A stretch of DNA of 64,000 nucleotides from Octopus vulgaris (GCA_951406725.2 OX597827.1:19034001-19098000), one strand, 5' to 3'; numbered from the stretch's first letter, positions 1 to 16,085 are shown. Numbers and translations: made by a program. Notes: generated by a model from the sequence alone, not told the origin.

Positions 1-83
1 CACATATAGACGTATGTATGATCCTTTTTGTGCTTGCGTATGTGTGTGCGTATATAGATGTGTACGGGTATGTGCGTATATAT

Positions 84-225
84 ATTCTATCGGTATCTTT
101 TTACCGAACCGCTAAGTTACGGGACGTAAACACACCAACAGTAGTTGCCAAACGATGTTGGGACTGACAAATACAGACACACACACATACATTCACACAC
201 ACACATACGTACATATATAAGTACG
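84..225 (-). mobile_element. Fragment of tRNA-headed SINE family A (3' part)
   Basis: ttctatcggt...ccgaaccgctaagttacgggacgtaaacacacca matches the 3' body of the full copies at 37604-38024 and 61340-61748. Confidence 0.75.
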
Positions 226-629
226 AGGGAAAGTCAAAGAATTCTATGCACTCTTGTTTCCGACAGTTTCCTTGCTTTCCGATGCGCTGCTTCCACCGGT
301 CCGCAAGCTTGCTCATTCCGTCGGAAAAAGGTTTCGACTGGTCGCACACCAAGTCATGCACTGCTTCCTCAGCATCTTCACTTGTAGCAAATTGATGACG
401 TCCTAAAGGATGTCTGAGCGCTCCAAAGAGGTGATGGTCAGAAAGTGTGAAATCTGAACTGTAACCAGGGTGTTTTAGCTACTCGAAACCCAATTTCTCA
501 ATGGTTTCAACAGTGTGGATGGCCATATGTGGGGCGTGCAACAATAACACTTACTTTGACAGTAGACCTCGACGTTCGGTTTCGAATTGCTGGCTTGAGT
601 TTGTTGGCCAGCATTTCACTGTGGCCTAC

Positions 630-1110
630 ACTTCTTCTTCTTTCTTCTTCTAACACCCGGGGTGGGTTGAGCTGGCTTCATTTATCCTCAATGCTGCATC
701 TCACAAACGCCGACCAGACCTGGCGATTTAAGGCTAACGACCGCGTGATCTCCAACCACTCCTTATTCCAGCGGCGAACGCCATAGATATGGGGGCCTAG
801 GTTGTGTTCCAGATCAGCCTTGACCGTCATCAGCCAGGTTCTTCTTTGTCCACCACATCGCTTTCGCCAACCCTGAAGGGGTCTGTCTGGGGCAATTGCT
901 TCGTAGATGAATTCTCCCTGGTTGACGACGGAGGGCATGACCCAGCCAACGCAGACGTCTCGTTAGGATGACTTGTCGGAGGGAGGTGATTCTGCACTGG
1001 TGTCGCACCGAATTGTTGGAGACAAAGTGATGCCATCAGACACGAAGGATGCGGCGTAGACAGAGGTGATCGTCTACACTGGTGACTGTAGATCCCTTTT
1101 CCAGGTGATA
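630..1110 (-). mobile_element. RTE-clade LINE 3' remnant (frameshifted C-terminus of the RT ORF)
   Basis: ORFs 814..1008 (RRLRWLGHALR) and 678..938 (GWRKRCGGQRRTWLMTVKADL...ALNRQVW) are typical RTE C-terminal motifs in adjacent frames; short (GAA)n tail at ~630-651. Confidence 0.8.
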
Positions 1111-1480
1111 GTCCAGTATAGGACCTTTTCAGTCTCATCCTCCTCTCCTGTAACTATTTTCATAAAAAAAAACGAAAAGAAAAGAAAGAACAGGCTTTTG
1201 ACGTCATCGCTGTAGCGGTCTTGTATGTGTTGACAAATTTGCACACGATTGCGCTTATGGGCTTCGGTAAATTTCCTCCTTTTCGCGTTCAAATTTGAAA
1301 CTACCCTCTTCATGAAGTCTCTAATCACGAACACGACTGAAAAAAAAAGGATAAAGAAATAAAATAAAAAACGGAAACTGCAAAACAATTCAACTATTAT
1401 TGTAAGGTTAAAAAGCTGATTTTGAAACCACATGCTTTCGGGTTCAATTCCACTGCATGGTAACTTGACCAAGAATTTTC

Positions 1481-1901
1481 GGATCTTTTCGGTTTGAACG
1501 GCAGTTTTTTTAGAATAATTCCACGTAACTAAACACTTTCAAACTTCGTATACTGGTAGAATGTGTTTATAAAACATCTTTTTCTCTTGGCTTTATTGAG
1601 AAAATTCTATAGTTTGTAAGATATTTGTTGTTTTTTTCTTCAATTTCTGCAATTTCAAACAATCATTGACGTCTATTGAAGTAAAAAACATTCTGTGCCG
1701 TATGAATATGTCCTTCGTTTAAGAAATAGATTGGGTTTATTTACATTTGTGAAGAAAAAAAAGATACCCTCCTCCCACCCCTAACTAACCCTAACCCTAA
1801 AACAGATTGAAATGCAATAGATCGATACTAGGGTCATAATTATGGGTGACAATTTCAAATGACACCGCAAGAAAAAACTGCCGTTCAAACCGAAAAGATC
1901 C
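1481..1901. mobile_element. ~420-bp MITE with GGATCTTTTCGGTTTGAACGGCAG TIRs (Merlin-like), copy 1, nested in a SINE A remnant
   Basis: ~30-bp TIRs at both ends; the internal sequence matches four other copies; SINE A sequence resumes on both sides; TSD degenerate. Confidence 0.85.
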
Positions 1902-2110
1902 AAAATTTATACTATAGTTCCGGGCCATGTCAATGGATTTGCCAGAAACAGCAGCCAAGTCTACCATCTTGAAAAAAGAAAATGAAAGTACACATTCGGA
2001 AATACGACCAAAGACACATTAAAAATGTGTAAAATACAGTATTGTCATTGACGGAGCGCCTTTGATCATAGATTTGCTCATCCAGGGCTGGCCCGTGGTT
2101 AAATAAGAAC

Positions 2111-3300
<1,190 letters not shown>

Positions 3301-3453
3301 ACACACACACACACGCACAGTGGAGAGTTATTCAACACAAAGCTATTGTGGAAAAAAATTTTCCTGAGGTACTGTGCAGTAAGACTGAACCCAAAACCAT
3401 GTGTTTACAAATCCAGTTTCTTAATCCAATTGCAATGCTTGCAAGGTACTTGC

Positions 3454-3575
<122 letters not shown>

Positions 3576-3643
3576 CCGCGTGTGTACCGTTGGCGATTTT
3601 TTTTTCCTCCGTCTTCCCTTCTTTGGATCTTTCCTTTTCCTAT

Positions 3644-3678
3644 GTTTCTGACGAAGAGCTCCACTCGAAACGTTAAAC
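3644..3678 (+). ncRNA. Minimal type-I hammerhead ribozyme motif within a ~200-bp repeat (3575-3772)
   Basis: GTTT-CTGACGA-A-GAG-ctcca-CTC-GAAAC-GTT-AAAC: stem I GTTT/AAAC, stem II GAG/CTC, palindromic AACGTT stem III. Confidence 0.65.
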
Positions 3679-3767
3679 CCTCCTTCTTTCCTTCTTTCCT
3701 GAGCGTCCTGTAATACTATACTTGTTCCACGTCCTCACGTTGTTGCGTTTTCTCTTTGTATTTGGAT

Positions 3768-3830
<63 letters not shown>

Positions 3831-4030
3831 TTTAAATTCATTTATGGTAATGTTGAGGGTATACACATAAAGCTCCTGTTTCATTATGCCAGCTACTGTC
3901 TCATAATACTGACTAGTGAGTCAGTTTTTGCGGGTTGTATCATGGTTATACCCATATATTGTAGGATAAATATAACCCTACTGACAAGAAGGGATAAACA
4001 TCCTTCTATGATTCATCCACTAATTCAGTT

Positions 4031-4169
4031 TCGCCTGATGAAATGAACTGATGATGATGATCAACCGGATGTTACGTACTATACGGATACTACGGACTCT
4101 AATGTAATCATCCCAAGGATACAGACTCTGATGTCAAAGTCATATGAATTGTGGAAACGCGCGTAGCGA
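4031..4169 (+). ncRNA. Candidate hammerhead motif with long or irregular stem II
   Basis: TCGC-CTGATGA...GAAAC-GCGC-GTA-GCGA; stems I and III are perfect but the stem II base does not pair cleanly. Confidence 0.45.
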
Positions 4170-4286
4170 TGCATTAGATATTTATAAATTCCATCCTAGA
4201 ATTATTATTATTATTATATTGTTATTATACATATATTTGTGTGTCTGGGTACCTGTGTAAGTATATGTATACATGTGTATACATAT

Positions 4287-4434
<148 letters not shown>

Positions 4435-4708
4435 TGCAAATTTAGGGTGAATACTTGATAAGTGTAAGCACCTGTATACGCCAGATAGTGGCAGAGGTGA
4501 GCGAGAATATATCAAATAAAATCAAAAACAGTGATACAGTATGGGCAGGTTTTCGAAATCCAATGAATCTTTATACAGTTATACAGTTACGAAATTTTAC
4601 AAATACATTTTCTCAGGGAGATATGATAAACCTATTATAATGGGTAATACTACATGTACTTTCCATATTTTTTACAGTGTGATGTAACTCTTTGGAATAA
4701 CAATGTAT

Positions 4709-4800
4709 GCGGCTGAAGAGAGCTTTAAACCATCTTTTATATCTATTATACAATGATGTAATGAACAGGTCGTTTATAAAGCTTGAAACACGTATACCGC
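4709..4800 (+). ncRNA. Hammerhead ribozyme motif (one stem III mismatch)
   Basis: GCGG-CTGAAGA-GAGCTTTA...TAAAGCTT-GAAAC-ACGT-ATA-CCGC; stem I 4 bp, stem II 8 bp, palindromic ACGT loop. Confidence 0.65.
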
Positions 4801-4816
4801 GATATCCTTTGTGTTC

Positions 4817-4863
<47 letters not shown>

Positions 4864-5189
4864 TTGTTCACGTTTTACATTATGTTCGCGTTTTTCATTT
4901 TGTTCACGTTGTTTTTTGACGTCCTGTACCCATATATGCATATATATATACATATATATGTATGTATGTGCATATATGTATGTATATATGCATATATATA
5001 TTATATATATATATTAGTTATAAGAAAAAGGGACAGGCAAAACAGGCTGCTTGACCGCATACCGAAAAAATAGAAATAGCAGTCAAGAATGCTTATTTCT
5101 ATCAAAGTTGGACTCGGGCATGACAGACCCTGTAATTCACATATGCAAAACAGAAGGAATAGATAACGAATACGAAGTCTGGCGGTTAT

Positions 5190-5300
5190 CTGTGAACATC
5201 ATGTTTCTGGATTATAAACATATTGAATATATATTCCATATATTTTAGAAATATATTTCATATATATTGCATATATATTTCACATCCTTCTTCAGCACAG
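5190..5300 (-). ncRNA. Hammerhead ribozyme motif in the 618-bp unit
   Basis: Minus strand reads CTGTG-CTGAAGA-A-GGAT-[AT-rich arm]-ATCC-A-GAAAC-ATGAT-GTT-CACAG. Confidence 0.7.
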
Positions 5301-6353
5301 CTTTCCATTGAAAAGATTTATCATAGATTTATCAAATGCTACGTACCTCAAACCTTCTGACCATGCGACATCAAAATATTTGAAGAAAGTGAGCAAAGGC
5401 TAAATCTACATAGACGTTTGAATTCATAAATCTTCCCTCCAAAATTCTGCCATGCGCATTACAAAAATAGGTTGTCAAAGGGAGTGAAAAATCCAAATAG
5501 TAATATTATGATAAGAGTAAATAATTTCTATAAAGGCTTTTAAAAAAACCCCAATTATTTACTGGTAGAATTCGGTATGTAAATATAGCCGATTACCGGC
5601 AGGAACTTCTGTAAAGTTCAGTATATATATTGTATATAAGAAAAAGGGACAGTTCTAAAATATATGGAATATATATTCAATATGTTTATAATCCAGAAAC
5701 ATGATGTTCACAGATAACCGCCAGACCTCGTATTCGTTATCTATTCCTTCTGTTTTGCATATGTGAATTACAGGGTCTGTCATGCCCGAGTCCAACTTTG
5801 ATAGAAATAAGCATTCTTGACTGCTATTTCTATTTTTTCGGTATGCGGTCAAGCAACCTGTTTTGCCTGTCCCTTTTTCTTATATACAATATATATACTG
5901 AACTTTACAGAATGCTTATTTCTATCAAAGTTGGACTCCGGGCATGACAGACCCTGTAATTCACATATGCAAAACAGAAGGAATAGATAACGAATACGAA
6001 CTGTCCCTTTTTCTTATATACAATATATATACTGAACTTTACAGAAGTTCCTGCCGGTAATCGGCTATATTTACATACCGAATTCTACCAGTAAATAATT
6101 GGGGTTTTTTTAAAAGCCTTTATAGAAATTATTTACTCTTATCATAATATTACTATTTGGATTTTTCACTCCCTTTGACAACCTATTTTTGTAATGCGCA
6201 TGGCAGAATTTTGGAGGGAAGATTTATGAATTCAAACGTCTATGTAGATTTAGCCTTTGCTCACTTTCTTCAAATATTTTGATGTCGCATGGTCAGAAGG
6301 TTTGAGGTACGTAGCATTTGATAAATCTATGATAAATCTTTTTCAATGGAAAG

Positions 6354-6464
6354 ATGTGCTGAAGAAGGATGTGAAATATATATGCAATATATATGAAATA
6401 TATTTCTAAAATATATGGAATATATATTCAATATGTTTATAATCCAGAAACATGATGTTCACAG
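6354..6464 (+). ncRNA. Hammerhead ribozyme motif, second full copy in the 618-bp array
   Basis: ATGTG-CTGAAGA-A-GGAT...ATCC-A-GAAAC-ATGAT-GTT-CACAG. Confidence 0.7.
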
Positions 6465-7291
6465 ATAACCGCCAGACTTCGTATTCGTTATCTATTCCTT
6501 CTGTTTTGCATATGTGAATTGCAGGGTCTGTCATGCCCGGAGTCCAACTTTGATAGAAATAAGCATTCTTGACTGCTATTTCTATTTTTTCGGTATGCGG
6601 TCAAGCAACCTGTTTTGCCTGTCCCTTTTTCTTATATACAATATATATACTGAACTTTACAGAAGTTCCTGCCGGTAATCGGCTATATTTACATACCGAA
6701 TTCTACCAGTAAATAATTGGGTTTTTTTAAAAGCCTTTATAGAAATTATTTACTCTTATCATAATATTACTATTTGGATTTTTCACTCCCTTTGACAACC
6801 TATTTTTGTAATGCGCATGGCAGAATTTTGGAGGGAAGATTTATGAATTCAAACGTCTATGTAGATTTAGCCTTTGCTCACTTTCTTCAAATATTTTGAT
6901 GTCGCATGGTCAGAAGGTTTGAGGTACGTAGCATTTGATAAATCTATGATAAATCTTTTTCAATGGAAAGCTGTTTATATTCCAGAAACATGATGTTCAC
7001 AGATAACCGCCAGACTTCGTATTCGTTATCTATTCCTTCTGTTTTGCATATGTGAATTACAGGGTCTGTCATGCCCGGAGTCCAACTTTGATAGAAATAA
7101 GCATTCTTGACTGCTATTTCTATTTTTTCGGTATGCGGTCAAGCAACCTGTTTTGCCTGTCCCTTTTTCTTATATACAATATATATATTGAACTTTACAG
7201 AAGTTCCTGCCGGTAATCGGCTATATTTACATTTTTAAAAGCCTTTATAGAAATTATTTACTCTTATCATAATATTACTATATATATTAGT

Positions 7292-7373
<82 letters not shown>

Positions 7374-7587
7374 GCATACATACATACATACATACACACA
7401 CACACATAGAAAGAAAGTGATACCTAATGTCACGCACACATACAGACACAGATTCTCGTGAACATATACACATATACACATATACACATATCACATACAC
7501 GCATACACTCTCACACACATGCACCCATGCACAGAAGCACGCACGCATATACAGACATTACTATTATTATTATCGGCATCATCATTT

Positions 7588-7709
7588 AGAAGAAGAAGAA
7601 GAAGAAGAAGAAGAAGAAGAAGAAGAAGAAGAAGAAGACGAAGAAGAAGAAGAAGAAGAAGAAGAAGAAGAAGAAGAAGAAGAAGAAGAAGAAGAAGAAG
7701 AAGAAGAAG

Positions 7710-7781
<72 letters not shown>
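7588..7781. repeat. Compound microsatellite (GAA)n-(GATA)n
   Basis: Directly visible. Confidence 0.98.
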
Positions 7782-7782
<1 letters not shown>

Positions 7783-8654
7783 TATTTGTATTTTTCTATG
7801 ACTAAGCCCCATGCTAAATGAATTGTTGTTGAAATAGATATGATTTGAACCCTCGTATCTGAAGAATGGAGAAATATATATCAATAAACCCTTCCAACAT
7901 TAACGATACAAACGTATCGAGTACTCTTGTGTTTGTTCGTACGATTGTGTTTATCCAGTACTTCTGGACGAAAAAAGGCTTCGAGTGACCAGTCTTCCAA
8001 CAAGTAGTTTAATCTGCACCACAAGTCTCATGCCTTTTGTTTCTGTGCTCTCAACGGGGAACAGATCTGGGTATAGAACTGTGGCTTTTACGTTGTCATT
8101 AGGGGCTTAGTTGATAATATCGCACCTACTACTTGGCTGAAACTTTATTTCCTCAATAGCGGAAGGATGTAAGATAAAGTTGTCATGTTCCGGCAAAAGA
8201 ATTTGACAAGCTCAGAAAATATAAAGATTTGCTCATTCAAATCGAAAAAATGTGGAATATCAAGACGGCTACAATACTAGTGGTTGTTGAAGCATTGAAA
8301 ATTATTTGAGAATGATCCCTGGCCTACCATCCGTACAAGAAGCGCAAAAGATTGTTTCAACTGGTGAACGTATTGAGAAAAGAATTGTCGCAGTGAATTT
8401 TCCTTCCTTTCTCCCTTTTTTTTTCTTTGTTTTCTTTTTTCATTTTTTTCTTTTTTCATCTTTTCTATTCTTTTCTATTTCTTATTTCTTTCTTTTTCCC
8501 ATTTTTTCTATCACATATCTTGACTTCGTAAATTAACACTTTGATGTGTTTATTTTAATAGCCAACCAATATATACAGTGAGTTTCTTTGCTCTAGGTGT
8601 CGGGAAGACACTCGGCAAGAAAGAGAAACAAAATTGAAAGAAGAAAAAATGATA

Positions 8655-8870
8655 ATGGTTTCAAATTTTGGCACAAGACTAACAATTTCAAGGGTGGGGG
8701 TAAGGCGATTACATTGATTCCAGTGCTCTAATGGTACTTATTTTATCAACCCCAAAAGGATGGAAGACAAAGTCGACCTCGGTGGAATTCGAACTCAGAA
8801 CGTAAAGACGGACGAAATACGGCTAAGCATCTTGCCCGACGTGCTAACCATTCTACTCGCCCGCTACCTT
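8655..8870 (-). mobile_element. SINE family B (tRNA head, Meta-domain-like core), diverged
   Basis: aaagtcgacctcggtggaattcgaactcagaacgtaaagacggacgaaatac matches the other family B copies. Confidence 0.75.
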
Positions 8871-9559
8871 AAGCCCAACAGTTTTAGAGGTGAGGATAAG
8901 TCGAGTGTATCGACCACAGTGCTTATCAATCGCGAAAGGATGTTCTTCAGCAAATCCGACGTTTGAACTCCAGAACTCAGAAGGCGGAAAGAATTTGTTT
9001 TTTAAAATGGTCAGCCCATGTTTATGAATTCAACGCTGAATCCTCCTGAGGCTACATTAGAAGACTCGTGTGTGATCTGGGAGTCGGGATTACATGTAAT
9101 TTGGCGATAAAAGACTGTCAACGTAAAGACGGATAGTCGTTGTTTGTACAAATTCTTTGCATTTTTGAATTCTCTGCAACTTGTACCATAAATATCATAC
9201 TGGGCATGGTTTGCCCACTCTCTCGTCCTTCAAACCAATATGGTCTGGTGCAACAAGAGGCATGAGCCCATGAGTCATAAGGAAGCAAGATTTGTACGGA
9301 GTTATCTTCTCTTGGACGAACAGCTAAAAACTGAAAAACCTCAGCTGCTGAGGATCTGTTGAGATGCCCATGAGTGGCCTTCTACCGAAAGCAATATTAT
9401 GATATGATTATTAAACCACAGCTGAAACCCCAAAACAGGTGCTACTCCTGAGCAGAGTAGACCTGGGACCAAAGGTGGCTAAGGGGCGGTTCCACACTTT
9501 TCAAAACTCTGGAACACCCGAGCCGGGGCACCATTAGCAGTTGCAGTTTAAAGTCATAC

Positions 9560-11160
<1,601 letters not shown>

Positions 11161-11877
11161 TAAATGTGCATACGCCCGAATGTGAGTGAGTCAATGTTTG
11201 CCTGCTTTTTTTGTTTCGTGTTTTTTGTAGTATTTTTTTGTTGTATTTTTTTTTTGTGAGAGTAATTTTTTCTTTTCACGGATCTGATCATGGTATGGAT
11301 ACGATACAAGTGAGTGACTAGTATTTCATCCTTCCTGAATTTTATTTATATAGCTATGCATGATGCGTGTGTGATGCTGCAATATTACGATGCACCTTAC
11401 ACACTATATACCACTCGCTGCCTCGCCTACATTAACAATAGAATAAGTAGAATGCGCGATCGTCTGCCAACTGAAGACCACCATTTTTCTCTCACTTTCT
11501 ATGTCTCAAGGCCCGCACCTCTCTCTCTCTCTCTTTCATTCTCTCTTTTACTCCAGTCCCGCTTAGTCTTTCTCTCTTTCCCTCTCTCTCTTTCCCCATT
11601 CTCTCTCACTCCGTTTCCTTCACCATAACACAGTCTCATGTAAAATACATGCAGTCGCTTTGAGCGGGGGATTCAAGCTTCATTAATAAATTAACTCACT
11701 TCATTGATGTATGGTGAAGTACTACTTTGTTCAAACAATATTTCTGTCTGTCCTGTACATATCGTCTGATTGCTTGTCTGGAATATTAGTAGGCTTTTCT
11801 CCCCTTGTCTTTCCCTTTCACTTTCTCCCTCTATACATATATGTGTACGTGTATATATATATATATATGTATATATG

Positions 11878-11929
<52 letters not shown>

Positions 11930-11946
11930 CATATATATATACGTGT

Positions 11947-11982
<36 letters not shown>

Positions 11983-12000
11983 ACATATATACATACATAA

Positions 12001-12044
<44 letters not shown>

Positions 12045-12507
12045 GCATATATATATATACATATATGCATGCATATATTTGCCATACACACACACACATA
12101 TATATATATACACACACAAACACAAAAACACGTGCATTTATAAGTTTGTATGTATACATATATTTGTGTATGCTTGTGAGTTTGTATGTGTGTGTGTGTA
12201 TGTATTCACATCATATACCTGCGTATGTGTATGCGTGTGTGCGTATGTGTGAGAGAGACAGAGACAGAGAGCTTCGAACAAAATATTTTCCGGTATTTAG
12301 CTAAGCTCTCTTTATGTCCCGAGTTCACATCCTGTCCAAGTGCTTTTTGCCCTTTGATCCTTCTACCGCCAGTTTATATAAAGATCTGCGATAGATATAA
12401 CAGACTATACCATATTATTATTGGCGGTGTTAAAGCAAGACCACTGTCCAATAGCTGCAAAACGGGGAAACTACAAGACTATACATCAGCCGACGGATAT
12501 GTGAATT

Positions 12508-12562
<55 letters not shown>

Positions 12563-12585
12563 GCACGCTCACACACACACACACA

Positions 12586-12772
12586 CGTGGCTGAGTACTT
12601 CATAGACATGCATACCTTAAACGTAGTTTACACGGAGGTTAAGCATGACACAATGGACTCAAGCAACGTGAAATAAAGTGTTTTGGTCAAGAGACACAAC
12701 GCGCTGTCAGAAATCGAACACATGATCTTACGACCTTGAGCCGAATGCCCTAACCACTAAGCCACGCGTCTT
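12586..12772 (-). mobile_element. tRNA-headed SINE family C, diverged and internally deleted
   Basis: ccctaaccactaagccacgcgtcttc head and gtggctgagtacttcatagacatg body are shared with 51074-51455. Confidence 0.65.
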
Positions 12773-12965
12773 CGGCAAGTCGGTTATATGTAGGGAACGA
12801 GATATGAGTGGGTGATTTTATGCCATCGTTAGGGTTTATTCAGGAATGTGCGCAGATAAATGCGCAGCAGTTAATATCTGAATGGGAAGAAGTAAAATAT
12901 TATGCTAAAGGATAATCTTTAAGCAAACCCTCAGTTGAATTAGAAGCGTGTTTTTATGTACTGGC

Positions 12966-13012
<47 letters not shown>

Positions 13013-13031
13013 ACACACACATACACACACT

Positions 13032-13073
<42 letters not shown>

Positions 13074-13074
13074 C

Positions 13075-13530
13075 TCTCACGTGACCTGCTGATCAACTAG
13101 CCATTCCGCTGGTGACCGCTGCCGGTTCAACATTGTCTTCGTCCGCCGAAAAGGGCATTTTTTCCAAACACGCCTGCTAGATAAGTTAAATTTGTCTAAA
13201 GTCGTAAGACACCTGCTGCTGTCCTGTTATTACCATTCTTGTTTTTAATTTTATTTTTGTTTTTTGTCTTTATATTCGTGTGGCTTCGTCCGTTTTTCTG
13301 TCCTTGTTTCGTATACATTCGATCCTTTTTCCAAGAAATCTAATGCTCGCAGTTTAGTTTTTCATTGGGGCTAACCGTTTCGGAGCAATATCAGGATTAA
13401 TCAGCCGAAATTTGCTATGATGATCCGGTTCCTGACTGAAGATTAAAGGCTTCGAATGACCCGTCCGTTTTTTTGTGTCGTCTCTTTGTGTATTTCACGT
13501 TCTTGTCCCTTTTTATATATAATTTTTAAA
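13075..13530. repeat. Unclassified ~450-bp element embedded between (TA)n tracts
   Basis: Complex sequence sharply bounded by TA repeats; aaaggcttcga(a/g)tgacc motif also at ~7975-7995. Confidence 0.4.
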
Positions 13531-14012
13531 CCTATATATATATATATATACATATAAAGTTGAAAAGCTTTGTGAACTCATATCTACGACTTTGTCGTCA
13601 GACGTGCAGGTCATGTCAATTCAGAACACCTCGATTGCACTTTGAAAGAATAATAACCTATCCTGCCAGTGCTAAGTGACTGATGAACTTTCTGGACGAA
13701 ATAAAATTTTACAATTAAAATAAGCAGAAACAGATTATTGTTTTTAATTCAACAAGATGGAGCGATTGTTAATCTGGAGTAGATTTATCTATGCCGTGGT
13801 TCCTGCAAACAATTTCCCTCATGGAGCCTCTTATTCTTTTTCTGCTTGAAATTATCGTTTGCAATAATTAATATTATTTACATTAAGATCTGAGTAAATT
13901 AATCGTGTTGTAATTTCTTCATGATTTTCGATAATCGACCAAAGCCTAGAAATAACATCCAAATTTACGTCAAATTATTCCCTTCTTTCCCAGAAAGTAA
14001 GAGAAATATGGG

Positions 14013-14437
14013 ATAGGCGCTGGAGTGGCTGTGTGGTAAGTAGCTTGCTTACCAACCACATGGTTCCTGGTTCAGTCCCACTGCATGGCACCTTGGGCAA
14101 GTGTCTTCTACTATAGCCTCTGGTCGACTGAAGCCTTGTGAGTGGATTTGGTAGACGGAAACTGAAAGAAGCCTGTCGTATATATGTATATATATATATA
14201 TGTATGTGTGTGTATGTTTGTGTGTCTGTGTTTGTCCCCCTAGCATTGCTTGACAACTGATGCTGGTGTGTTTATGTTCCCGTTACTTAGCGGTTCGGCA
14301 AAAGAGACCGATAGAATAAGTACTGGGCTTACAAAAGAATAAGTCCCGGGGTCGAGTTGCTCGATTAAAGGCGGTGCTCCAGCATGGCCGCAGTCAAATG
14401 ACTGAAACAAGTAAAAGAGAGAAAAGAGAGAAAAGAG
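14013..14437 (+). mobile_element. tRNA-headed SINE family A, full length
   Basis: A box TGGCTGTGTGG, B box GGTTCAGTCCC, CORE-like ACCTTGGGCAAGT, internal (TA)n(TG)n, AAAAGAG tail. Confidence 0.92.
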
Positions 14438-14444
14438 TGTAATC

Positions 14445-14870
14445 TAAAGTAGACCATGTCCCACAAAAGTATTGGATCGAATCAAAGAACGATTCCTTAA
14501 AACCTGAAACTAACAGTCAAATCTACCTCAAATTACTAATTGCAGTCTCAGAGAGTGAGGGAACTGTGGGATAATGTTATCCAATGTAGACAATGCCCCA
14601 GAAAAACGTAGGATCGAATCAAAAAGCGGTTCTTTAAAACCTAAAACTAACAGTCAAATCTACCTCAAATTATTCCTTGCAGTCTGAAAGATGAGGGAAA
14701 TATGGGATAATATTATCCGAAGTAGACAATGCCACAGAAAAATGTAGGATTGAATCAAAGAGCGGGTCCCTTAAAACCTAAAAATAGCAGCCAAATCTAC
14801 CTCAAGTTACTCCTTGACCTTTTCAAAGATAAACATAGAATAATATTATCCAAGGTAGACAATGCCCTAG
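14445..14870 (+). repeat. Three diverged tandem ~137-bp units
   Basis: gtagac(a/c)atg...ggat(c/t)gaatcaaa...aaaacct...caaatctacctcaa recurs at ~14449, 14586 and 14723, with a partial copy at ~14855. Confidence 0.85.
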
Positions 14871-15293
14871 AAAAGCTTTGGAGCAGCATGGTTTTAACGC
14901 TTTTGACGACAGGGGGTAATCAATTGGCCCTGACATGGAACTAACCAACAACAACAATACGGCAAGAACTTTCAACAACAACAAAAACAACGAAAACAAC
15001 AACAACAACAACAACGAACATAACCCGGAATACTCAAGCAGCTTGATGGATCGACCTGGAAAGAAAAGATCAATATGCGTAATCGGATTAAGGACTTTGT
15101 GGTAACTTGGTGAGGCTGGAGTAGGATTAAGATTTCAGTAGGAATTGAACCTAATGGTTTTCAGGGTAATTAAGGAATTTTAGTGAAATGTTAAGATAAT
15201 TAAGGCTTTATCTAATTATATATGAGGGAGTCTTTAACTAGATCGTCACCAGATTATATATCCTGTATACATGCACATATACTTACACACGTG

Positions 15294-15360
<67 letters not shown>

Positions 15361-15388
15361 GCATGTATTTATATATATATATATATAC

Positions 15389-15419
<31 letters not shown>

Positions 15420-15522
15420 TGTATGTATATATATACATATGTGCTTCTGTGTATGTGTCAGTACGCGTGTGTGTGTAAATGTATGTATGTATGTATATGG
15501 ATATAAATATATGTGTGTACTC

Positions 15523-15555
<33 letters not shown>

Positions 15556-15686
15556 CACATATATATATATAAATATTCATATATATATGCGTGTGTGTAT
15601 GTATTTATGTATGTATGTGTGTATGCATGTATATATGCATTTATGTATGTATGTATTTATGTATGTATGTATGTATTTATGTATAT

Positions 15687-16085
15687 ACTAGCAGTATCGC
15701 CCGGCGTTGCTCGGGTTTGTAAGGGAAATAACTATATAAGCATTTTTAGAGAGTTATAGCCAAAAAGAAGCAAAAAAATGCATTAAAAATTGAAAAAAAA
15801 TTAAGGTAATTTTTTTTTTAAATCGTTGACACATCGTAGATATTTTTAGAGAGTTACTTCCCTTATATAAAAGCGAAAAAAATGCATTAAAATGGAAAAA
15901 TATGATGGTAAATTTTTTTTAAATCGTAGACTCATCGTAGACGCACGCTAATACCCAGAAGGGCTCGATATGAATCACGACTATAAGATACCCGCTTTTG
16001 GTTAAACTGCACCGCAAAATGTGGGAGTAGTTAGGAATCTAAATCGTAGGAGACAGACACACAACTTCACTCTTATATAAAGATG
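15687..16085 (+). mobile_element. Non-autonomous Helitron/Helentron-like (HINE-type) element
   Basis: Starts ACTAGCAGTATCGCCCGGCGTTGCTCGGG (subterminal hairpin) and ends acagacacac...ttatataaagat; similar architecture at 59804-60168. Confidence 0.55.

Larger units (their letters stand above)
5019..7282. mobile_element. Composite direct/inverted array of a ~618-bp non-coding hammerhead-bearing unit (Penelope pLTR/retrozyme-like)
   Basis: Unit 5019-5652, inverted partial 5653-5910, short forward piece 5911-6000, then inverted tandem copies starting at 6001, 6619 and 7157; both flanks read TATATATATTAGTTATA (apparent TSD). Confidence 0.8.

Noticed and set aside
5051-5248. Identical 65-aa ORFs at 5051..5248(+) and 5655..5852(-)
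   Set aside because: Consequence of the inverted repeat; non-ATG start and no recognisable domain
13365-13410. Minus-strand CTGATTA...GAAACGGTT
   Set aside because: Core mismatch and no convincing stems I or II
13676-13712. CTGATGA...GAAA motif
   Set aside because: Stem II does not pair; compatible with chance in AT-rich DNA
14445-14870. CRISPR-like repeat spacing
   Set aside because: Whole units are homologous rather than unique spacers; eukaryotic context; no cas genes
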